Shown here: piece by piece, positions 56,709 through 64,000 of the stretch
Numbering within the stretch: position 1 is the first letter of the stretch
Layout of the letters: every line of letters begins with the position of its first letter
Assembly (NCBI GenBank): GCA_963774955.1
Contig: CAVZGV010000004.1
Coordinates: 195,522 to 259,521 of the forward strand
DNA from: Candidatus Falkowbacteria bacterium
GTDB lineage: Bacteria; Patescibacteriota; Patescibacteriia; CAIXNZ01
DNA: 64,000 nucleotides
Direction of reading: 5' to 3'
Made by a program: the position numbers and the translations under genes
The notes under the pieces: generated by a model
The model's input: the letters and a program-made list of their open reading frames with translations, nothing else
What the model was told of the DNA's origin: nothing
Database searches by the model: none

Positions 56709-58163
56709 TTATGGTTCGGCTTCAATTTTGGGTTGTTCTGGCTCACTTTTTAGCTTTACAATTTCGAGAATCAGATTTTTATCTATGCCCTTTAATAGAT
56801 ATAAAACTCCCAGATAAATAACGCCGGCAAAGAATAATTGCAGAATTACATTCAAGTCAGTGATAAAGTGCAGACTAACACACATGATCAAGGTTGCCAA
56901 AATAATTTTTGGTAAAATTTTTAACGAGGGGACTTGCCCGGTTGTTTTGGTAACGACAATAAAATTCACGGTAAAAATAAAGGCTTCAGAAATGATGGTA
57001 AAGACTGCGGCGCCCCAATAGCCGTAAATCGGGATAGTAATAATGTAACCGGCTAAAGCAACAATGGCGTTAATTATATAAAATTTGACCATCTGGGTTT
57101 GTTTGTCCAAGACAACAATGGTATAGCCGTAGATGGAATTGATAAAAATAATAGCTGTGGCAATAATCAAAATTTTCAAGATGTCTCCGGAAACAGCAAA
57201 GTCAGGGCCGGCAATCAAGGTCATCAATTTCCCGGCTACAAAAAAAGTGCCAAAGGTCATGGGCACGGTAACAATTAAAAGCAGATCAAAGATTTTTTGA
57301 AAAAATTCTTTAAATTTTTCTAAGTTTTTGGTCGTCCAGTATACGGTTAATAACGGCATGACAATACCCATGAACATAAAAATAAAATTAACCAGGATTT
57401 CCAGCACCCGGTAAGGCGCATTATAAATTCCGACTTCAGCCTGAGTGCGAACCAGAGAGAGGATTAAAGTGTCGGCCTTGAAGTAGACCAGATTAAAGGC
57501 AATGCAGAGGGCAAGCGGCCAGGTTACCTTGAGAATTTTTTTCCACTCGGGCCAGTTAAATGTAAATTTGATTTTGACATAGCGTAAAGCAAAAATATAA
57601 TTGATCAGAAAATTTATCAAACTGCCCAGAACAACCGCCCCCATAATGGCCAAGAGTCCATAATTCAAATATGCAAAAATTGCGGTTAGGACCAGGAGGA
57701 TTGCGCGTCCGACAATTTCCGCGATGGTTACAGCGACCATCTTTAATTCTTTTTGGTACAGGCTGATTAATATTTGGTTTAAAGCTGAAAAGAAAAAAGA
57801 TGCCGTAGTGACTGCGATGCCGATTTTGACCAGATTATCATAGGGAAAGAAAATAACAACCAGGGGAGCGATGCCCAGAAAAATCAGAGCTGAAAAAAAT
57901 CTTAAAGTAAATAAGTTATTAAAAGTTTCCTGCTGATTATTTTGCGGATCGGAAATTAAACGCAAGACAGCAACGGACAAACCCATATCGACCAGAATGG
58001 CAAAAAATTGCAGGTAGGCCGTAATCGTTGAATACTGGCCAAAGCCGATCTGGCCCAGATAGCGGGCCATGATAGCAATGGTTAAGACACCTAAAAAAGT
58101 GCCGACTATTTTGCCGGAAAATTGGATCATGGTACTATGGGCGATTTTACGGGTTAGGGACAT
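56709..58163 (-). CDS. Wzx-like oligosaccharide flippase
   Basis: ARYLG..GFGQYS, DMGL, D.LILS..EVGIY; about 14 TMs. Confidence 0.9.
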   Translation of the reverse strand: MSLTRKIAHSTMIQFSGKIVGTFLGVLTIAIMARYLGQIGFGQYSTITAYLQFFAILVDMGLSVAVLRLISDPQNNQQETFNNLFTLRFFSALIFLGIAPLVVIFFPYDNLVKIGIAVTTASFFFSALNQILISLYQKELKMVAVTIAEIVGRAILLVLTAIFAYLNYGLLAIMGAVVLGSLINFLINYIFALRYVKIKFTFNWPEWKKILKVTWPLALCIAFNLVYFKADTLILSLVRTQAEVGIYNAPYRVLEILVNFIFMFMGIVMPLLTVYWTTKNLEKFKEFFQKIFDLLLIVTVPMTFGTFFVAGKLMTLIAGPDFAVSGDILKILIIATAIIFINSIYGYTIVVLDKQTQMVKFYIINAIVALAGYIITIPIYGYWGAAVFTIISEAFIFTVNFIVVTKTTGQVPSLKILPKIILATLIMCVSLHFITDLNVILQLFFAGVIYLGVLYLLKGIDKNLILEIVKLKSEPEQPKIEAEP

Positions 58164-58412
58164 AGGAGAAGGGTAAAAAGAGAAAGAGGGGTAAGGGTGG
58201 TAAGAAGGGTTAATTTTATTGCTCCAGTCTGAAGGACAGCAACCGTTTTCGTTCTTTCACTTATCATACCAAAATTTTTACTTTTTTAACATCATTTTAC
58301 TGAAAGTCAGTAGCCTAAAAACAGGTCGAATTTTCAAGACTCAATCTGAATTAGTCTTTGTAATTAGCCAAAATTTGCTGAGTAAAATTTTTGAACAAAA
58401 ACCCCAAAATCA

Positions 58413-58441
58413 TTGACCAAATGTGAAAAAAATGATATAAT
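58413..58441 (+). promoter_or_regulatory. Sigma70 promoter
   Basis: TTGACC-17-(TGa)TATAAT. Confidence 0.7.
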
Positions 58442-58598
58442 AGATTATACAAGATCAAAAAAGTATTTGCTACGGTTTGGGCAGAACTAAATTCAACCGC
58501 CTTTGATACGTTAAGGCGCTATGGCGGATGGAGTAGTCCCCTGACTAAGGTAAATTTAAAAATTGACTTGTGAAAAATAAAAAACAAAAATAAAAATT

Positions 58599-60773
58599 AT
58601 GAAAAATCTATTTAATCTTTCCTTAGGCTGGAAAGAAGTCCAAATACATAATCGAGCTATGATGCGTAAAAAGTCGCAAATCGACTTTTGGTTAAGCATA
58701 ATCATAGCTTTTTTAATTATATTCGTCATTACCCAATTGCTCTCAAAGGTGGATTTATATATCCGTTCACCGTTGGAAAGGAGTTTGTCATTATTAAGCC
58801 CATTGCAAATTAATAATGCCTCAGCTGCGACTGAAGAAGCTTTGAAAATGATACAGTCTCAGGATTATTTACAGCTCAAACCCGGGGCCAGCACTGAATT
58901 TACAGTCGGTTATAAAAATACCGGCAGTTTAACCTGGAAACAAAACGGCAGCGGCAAGGTTGATATTCGCCGTAAAGATACCTACGCCTTAGTCTTTAAA
59001 GCGGACTTGCAGGTTAATGAGAATAAACCCGGAGAAATCGGCTACTATAAAATGAAATTAACAGCCCCGACTAAAGAGGGCAGCTATAAATATAAATTTT
59101 TATTGGTTCGTGACGGCTCTAAAGTTTTAACAGGTAGTGATTTGGATATTGTTATTGTAGTTACCAATTCAGCAACTGCCGTTACCAATACCGTAGCCGT
59201 TAACAATATTATTACGACTCAGCCTGCTCCGATTATTACAGCCGTAGCCACCAACCAGGAGGCTTTAAAATTAGTTCAGTCAGAGACTAACTTGCAAATG
59301 AAACCAGGTTCAGTGTCTGAGTTTACAGTCGGTTATAAAAATAACGGTCAAGCAATCTGGAAACAAAGTGCTAGCGGTAAAGTTGATCTGCGACGCCAGG
59401 ATTCCAAGACAATGGCGTATAAGGCTTCATTATCGACCAAAGAGAATAAACCCGGTGAAATCGGTTATTATAGTATGAAATTGTATGCACCGACCTCTGA
59501 AGGTACTTATACTTTCAAGTATGTTTTGGTTCGTGATGAGAAAACCATTTTAAGCGGCAGTGAATTAACTTTAGTTATTAAGGTAACCAAAAATCCTGTT
59601 CAGCCGCAACTGGCGGTCAATTCCAACACTCAGCCTGCGACGGCAGTAACTTCAAATGTTACTACCAAGCCCATGGGTTTGGCTGAAATATGTTTGAGTT
59701 TTGGCAAAGCTAACTTTAAGGCCGCTACTATTGATAAGCTTTTGGCTGATGAATGTTTGAAAATCGGCATTAAAGTTACAGACGAAGGCACTTCTTATAT
59801 TAATTTAAATACTCAACCAGTAGCGCAAACCGCTACTTATCCCGCTGTTCAGCCAACTCCGATCCCGACTCCGACTCCAACACCAACTCCGACAACAGCT
59901 AACGGACCGATGCTTCGTGTAGGCTTATACTCCACAACCGAGCCGATTATTATCACTGCAAATGCTGATTATAAAATTTTAGACCAGAATAAAAATATTT
60001 TAGCATCTGTACCTGCCGGAATTTCAGCCACAGTCCAATTTAACTTTGCCTCAAAAACTTATTCCTTTACCGCCAACAGTACCAGCTCAGCCTCCAGCTC
60101 TTATCTTAGATTTGAAAGCGCCAATAGCGGAAATGTCTTTGAAATAGTCTCATTAAATCAAAGACCGGCCTGGAATCAGACCCTGAATGACAATAAATAT
60201 CTGGGCACGCTGGAAATCCGTTATGCAGCGGCAACTTCCAAATTATGGGTAATTAATGAAATCGAACTGGAAAGCTATTTAAAAGGTCTGGCGGAAACTT
60301 CCAATTCTTCGCCCATGGAATATCAAAAGGCTTTGATTACAGCCGCTCGTACTTATGCCATGTACCATTATAACCGCGGGACCAAGCATGCAGCTGAAAA
60401 TTACACAATTGACGCGACCTATGATCAGGTTTATAAAGGGTATAATTCCCAGATTCGGTTGACACAGGTTAGCCAGGCAGTTGAAGCCACAAGAGGTCAG
60501 GTAGTGACTTATAATGGTGTAGTCGTGGTCACTCCATATTTCTCTTACTCTGACGGCTGGACCAGAAATTGGGAAGATGTCTGGGGTGGTGCTTCTATAG
60601 CCTGGTGCCGTTCAGTCAAAGAACCGGCTGATTATGACAAGACAACCATGTACGGTCATGGTGTCGGTATGTCAGCTCATGGGGCTTTGCATCTGGCCGC
60701 CAATTACAATTATACATTTGATCAGATTTTGAAGTATTATTATACCGGTATTGCTGTGCAAAAAATTTATTAA
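58599..60773 (+). CDS. SpoIID/LytB-domain protein with two Ig-like repeats and a PT linker
   Basis: INEIELESYLKG..E, AARTYA, DQVYKG, GHGVGMS, ILKYYY; duplicated EALK..KPG..VGYKN module. Confidence 0.9.
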   Translation: MKNLFNLSLGWKEVQIHNRAMMRKKSQIDFWLSIIIAFLIIFVITQLLSKVDLYIRSPLERSLSLLSPLQINNASAATEEALKMIQSQDYLQLKPGASTEFTVGYKNTGSLTWKQNGSGKVDIRRKDTYALVFKADLQVNENKPGEIGYYKMKLTAPTKEGSYKYKFLLVRDGSKVLTGSDLDIVIVVTNSATAVTNTVAVNNIITTQPAPIITAVATNQEALKLVQSETNLQMKPGSVSEFTVGYKNNGQAIWKQSASGKVDLRRQDSKTMAYKASLSTKENKPGEIGYYSMKLYAPTSEGTYTFKYVLVRDEKTILSGSELTLVIKVTKNPVQPQLAVNSNTQPATAVTSNVTTKPMGLAEICLSFGKANFKAATIDKLLADECLKIGIKVTDEGTSYINLNTQPVAQTATYPAVQPTPIPTPTPTPTPTTANGPMLRVGLYSTTEPIIITANADYKILDQNKNILASVPAGISATVQFNFASKTYSFTANSTSSASSSYLRFESANSGNVFEIVSLNQRPAWNQTLNDNKYLGTLEIRYAAATSKLWVINEIELESYLKGLAETSNSSPMEYQKALITAARTYAMYHYNRGTKHAAENYTIDATYDQVYKGYNSQIRLTQVSQAVEATRGQVVTYNGVVVVTPYFSYSDGWTRNWEDVWGGASIAWCRSVKEPADYDKTTMYGHGVGMSAHGALHLAANYNYTFDQILKYYYTGIAVQKIY

Positions 60774-60795
60774 TTAAATATAAATAATAAAACGT

Positions 60796-60954
60796 ATGCC
60801 AAGATTTTCATTTGAAAGAGGTGATTCTGATGCCGAGAAACCGCAAACTATTAAGCCGGATGAAATTAAAAAAAAGCCGAGGCAGAATATGACGCTGGAA
60901 GAGATTGAGAGCTTGGTTAGAGCAGAATTATATAATCAAGATAACCAAAAATGA
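60796..60954 (+). CDS. Small hypothetical protein (52 aa)
   Basis: MPRFSFERGDSDAEKPQTIKPDEIKKKPRQNMTLEEIESLVRAELYNQDNQK; fills the gap before the terminator. Confidence 0.4.
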   Translation: MPRFSFERGDSDAEKPQTIKPDEIKKKPRQNMTLEEIESLVRAELYNQDNQK

Positions 60955-60994
60955 AATTAATTTAAAATTTAATTCTAAATCTGCTAGTTTAAAT

Positions 60995-61026
60995 AAAAAA
61001 GAGTCTCGTCTTACGGGGCTCTTTTT
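60995..61026. terminator. Bidirectional terminator
   Basis: AAAAAAGAGTCTCG-tctta-CGGGGCTCTTTTT. Confidence 0.75.
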
Positions 61027-61037
61027 ATTTGGTTATT

Positions 61038-61619
61038 TTATTCTGCAGCTTGTTTTTTTTCTTTGATTTCGGCAAAGACCCTGTCGTCAAAGTTTTTTTC
61101 GTGTTTTTCAATCAGGTTGTTTAAGATGCGTACAATTTCAAAGGGATTATCCACCTGGCGGAAAAGGAAACGCTGAATTTCACCGGCAGTCTGGACATGG
61201 ACATCACCGTAAGAAAATAAAGATGGCCAAAAGCCTTTTTGGAGGCCGGTTACATCCTGAATCCTCTCCAGGCTATGTTCAGATATTTCGCGGTTAAATA
61301 AACCGCGCTGTTCAATATTTATAATTCTTTGGTCAGTAACTATCCAGACATCCAGAAAATAATCTATAAAAGTATTCAAAAAGAAAAGCATGACAAATAA
61401 ATAATAAAGACTGCCCAAAAGCAGTAAAAACGAATATGGAGCTGCCAGACTGATAATCGTGAAGAAATTTGCGTATAAATAAAAATATACTCCAACAGGG
61501 ATAAATATTATAACTACAAGCAGAGCCCAGCGGCCGGCTAAAGCCACGGGATGACGACGTAAAAACAGCACAAGTTTTTCACCTTTTTGTCTGTTGGGGA
61601 TGGATTTTTCGATATACAT
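61038..61619 (-). CDS. Bacterial PH-domain membrane protein
   Basis: RRHP, two TMs, WIVTDQRII, IQDV, YGDVHVQTAG. Confidence 0.8.
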   Translation of the reverse strand: MYIEKSIPNRQKGEKLVLFLRRHPVALAGRWALLVVIIFIPVGVYFYLYANFFTIISLAAPYSFLLLLGSLYYLFVMLFFLNTFIDYFLDVWIVTDQRIINIEQRGLFNREISEHSLERIQDVTGLQKGFWPSLFSYGDVHVQTAGEIQRFLFRQVDNPFEIVRILNNLIEKHEKNFDDRVFAEIKEKKQAAE

Positions 61620-61667
61620 ATATAATAACTAATAATTTACAACTAAGAACTAAAAACTATGGAAGAT

Positions 61668-61892
61668 TTAAAATACCAGGGTTTGCGACCAGTCAATTTG
61701 GGAACCGAGTTTGTAGGTAATAAATAAAATTAAAACCACGCCGGCCAAAAAGATAAAGGTTACAAAAAAACTGCTAAAGCTTAAAAAGCCGTAATTAAAT
61801 AAATGGACAAGATTAAAAATAGCAAAGACAATAAATCCTGCCAAAGCAAGGCCGTAAATGATGAGTAAGACGTAAAGGGAAATTTCGATCAT
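61668..61892 (-). CDS. Small membrane protein
   Basis: 74 aa, two TMs, co-oriented downstream of ruvB. Confidence 0.65.
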   Translation of the reverse strand: MIEISLYVLLIIYGLALAGFIVFAIFNLVHLFNYGFLSFSSFFVTFIFLAGVVLILFITYKLGSQIDWSQTLVF

Positions 61893-61951
61893 GTGATATT
61901 AAGGCTATATTAGGTTATATAAAGTTTTTTGAGGTTATATAAGGTTGCTTG

Positions 61952-62983
61952 TTAGAATAAAGCGCTTGAATTATCAGTAACCGGTTTCATGCCTAAATGT
62001 TCGTAACCCAACTTGGTTACGGTGCGGCCGCGGGGAGTGCGGGATAAAAAGCCCAGTTGCATTAGAAATGGTTCATAAATATCTTCAATCGTATCCATTT
62101 CTTCCCCAATGGCTGCGGCCAGCGTATTTAAGCCGACCGGACCGCCGGAAAATTTTTCAGCGATTACTAATAGGATTTTGCGGTCAATTTCATCCAGACC
62201 AAGATGATCAATATCCAGTTTAGCCAAAGCGTCATTAGCCAGTACTAAGTTAATTTTACCATTTCCTTTGACCTGAGCAAAGTCGCGTACGCGTTTGAGC
62301 AGTCGGTTGGCAATGCGTGGGGTCTTGCGACTGCGGCTGGCAATCTGCTGGGAGGCTGGTTCATCTATTTCAATGTCCAGAATTTGGGCGGCGCGTTCAA
62401 TAATTTTTTGAATATCTTCGTCCTTATAAAAATCTAAACGGAAATTAACCCCAAAGCGGTCGCGCAGGGGAGAGGAAATCAAGCTGACTCTGGTCGTGGC
62501 GCCGATTAAAGTAAATTTAGGCAGATCTAAACGTAAAATTCTGGCGCTGGGGCCTTTACCAATGACAATATCCAAAGCAAAATCTTCCATGGCCGGGTAA
62601 AGGATTTCTTCAATGACTTTATTTAAACGATGAATTTCATCAATGAATAAAATATCGCCATTGGCCAGATTAGTTAAAATCGCGGCCAGATCCCCGGTTT
62701 TTTCAATGGCCGGCCCGGAAGTGATTTTAATATTGGATCCCATTTCATTGGCAATAATATGAGCCAGTGTTGTTTTGCCCAAGCCGGGACAGCCGTGTAA
62801 AAGTACATGTTCAATCGGTTCATTCCTCTTTTTAGCCGCAGCCATAAAAATAGACAAGTTGTCCTTGACCTTGTCCTGACCAATATATTCCCCAAGCTTT
62901 TTCGGTCGTAATGATTTTTCAAAGGCAACTTCGTCAGGGGATTCTTTGGTCGAAATTATGCGATTTTTATCGTCTTTAGTCAT
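61952..62983 (-). CDS. ruvB: Holliday junction helicase RuvB
   Basis: [35 protein letters not shown]. Confidence 0.98.
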   Translation of the reverse strand: MTKDDKNRIISTKESPDEVAFEKSLRPKKLGEYIGQDKVKDNLSIFMAAAKKRNEPIEHVLLHGCPGLGKTTLAHIIANEMGSNIKITSGPAIEKTGDLAAILTNLANGDILFIDEIHRLNKVIEEILYPAMEDFALDIVIGKGPSARILRLDLPKFTLIGATTRVSLISSPLRDRFGVNFRLDFYKDEDIQKIIERAAQILDIEIDEPASQQIASRSRKTPRIANRLLKRVRDFAQVKGNGKINLVLANDALAKLDIDHLGLDEIDRKILLVIAEKFSGGPVGLNTLAAAIGEEMDTIEDIYEPFLMQLGFLSRTPRGRTVTKLGYEHLGMKPVTDNSSALF

Positions 62984-63066
62984 AATCTTATTGTTATCTT
63001 AACGGTTTTGAGAGGAAAAAACAAGTTGTCTCGCGTGCTGGTAGCATTAATAAATTACCCACGTCC

Positions 63067-63102
63067 CCACGTAGGCGCCACAAGCTTGTGGCGCCTACGT
63101 GG
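63067..63102. repeat. GTAG-type REP-like palindrome, copy 3 (perfect 36 bp)
   Basis: CCACGTAGGCGCCACAAG|CTTGTGGCGCCTACGTGG. Confidence 0.85.
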
Positions 63103-63130
63103 AGGCTATTCTCTATATTTCGTATTAAAT

Positions 63131-63162
63131 AAAAAACCGGGCAAGCAGTTGCTTGCCCGGTT
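63131..63162 (-). terminator. Terminator of the GH17 gene
   Basis: AACCGGGCAAGC-agtt-GCTTGCCCGGTT with an A-tract on the left. Confidence 0.75.
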
Positions 63163-63173
63163 GCGTCGGCGGG

Positions 63174-64000
63174 TTACCTAGTGACAGTGACCCAAGCCAG
63201 AGCATTCGTGGTTACCGAGGCAGGAATTGGGTTGTTCTCCAGAAGTGGAGTGTTAAACCCGATCGGCATCAGATAAGCCCTGATTTCAGGCGCATTGGTG
63301 TCACCGGTTCCGGTGGTGACATTGTTGGTCCACCAGCCGTCCGGATAAATCATGGTGTCTGGTTCTTCCCAGGTCGGCTTGTTGTACCAGCCTGAGCCGG
63401 TGTAAATGAAGATGATGACTTTAGTTTCACCCGGTTTGACATGACTGACCTGACCTTGCAGCCAGGCAGTACTGCCTTTGGGCGGAACATAAGTAAAGAC
63501 AATACTGGGTGTGCCCGGACCGTTAACGAGGTTATCACCAGACCAGTTGTCGGCAACAGTCTCCCCGTCAAAAACCGATTGCATCCCGGGTTTCATTTCT
63601 CCGGTTTCTTCCCAGATCCCCCAGCTTTTACCCTGAACGCCCTCGTCGTAAAATTTCCAGAGCTCATCGTAGGCTTCAAAGTAGAAATAATTTATGTTTT
63701 CAGCCCGAGCCCAGGAAATAAAGTTTTTGAAATAAGCAGCCGCGTTGGCCGGAGAAGGGATGGCCTTGATTTTTGTTTCACCTGCGCTGGGCCAGCCGAT
63801 TTCACCGATAATCACGTCTTTACCAAACTGGGTTTTCATCTTGTAGTAAACCTGCTTGGTATAATAGACTGCGTATTTCAGGTCAATACCTTCCCAATAA
63901 GGATAGATGTTGCAGAAGACCAAGTCTGATTCAGTCACCAGTTCCGGGTGTTTGCGCAGGATATTGTAGGTATCAGAGTAAACAACCGGAATTTCCGGTG
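63174..64000 (-). CDS. GH17-family glucanase/transglycosylase with C-terminal beta domain (5'-truncated by the window edge)
   Basis: Frame open to the edge (PEIPVVYSDTY..HPEL); NIYPYWEG, IGEIGWPS.G, YFEAYDE.WK, WGI. Confidence 0.85.
   Translation of the reverse strand, partial: PEIPVVYSDTYNILRKHPELVTESDLVFCNIYPYWEGIDLKYAVYYTKQVYYKMKTQFGKDVIIGEIGWPSAGETKIKAIPSPANAAAYFKNFISWARAENINYFYFEAYDELWKFYDEGVQGKSWGIWEETGEMKPGMQSVFDGETVADNWSGDNLVNGPGTPSIVFTYVPPKGSTAWLQGQVSHVKPGETKVIIFIYTGSGWYNKPTWEEPDTMIYPDGWWTNNVTTGTGDTNAPEIRAYLMPIGFNTPLLENNPIPASVTTNALAWVTVTR

Noticed and set aside
59853-59895. CCAACT/CCGACT hexamer repeat as a contingency locus
   Set aside because: It encodes an ordinary PT linker with synonymous variation.

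Overview
Low-GC chromosomal window from a CPR/Patescibacteria-type bacterium (inferred from gene content, VirB2-like pilin array and mostly SD-less core genes; code 11). It starts inside dnaA and includes oriC and dnaN. The standout locus (about 9.6-27.6 kb) is a tandem array of nine paralogues, each with a divergent helical domain plus a C-terminal phospho-His swivel domain (GG[IL]T[CS]HAAI[VI]SREL). Two of them carry N-terminal HTH domains. The array is accompanied by ONE stand-alone ATP-grasp (PPDK/PEPS N-terminal) gene, an HD hydrolase and two His-phosphatases, and looks like a split, modular dikinase-type phosphotransferase library. Other notable items: a cassette-like array of small orphan genes separated by a conserved double-hairpin + boxA-like element (31.6-35.2 kb); an attenuator-like leader with micro-ORFs (6.2-7.1 kb); three promoter-gene-terminator units between yebC and ruvC; a GT-C/GT2 glycosylation cluster beside eight pilin-like genes; cell-wall enzymes; and several REP-like palindrome families. 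Frameshifts clustered at 12-16.5 kb are probably consensus errors. No tRNA, rRNA, CRISPR array, integrase or transposase was recognised. All calls were made by eye; no database search was run.
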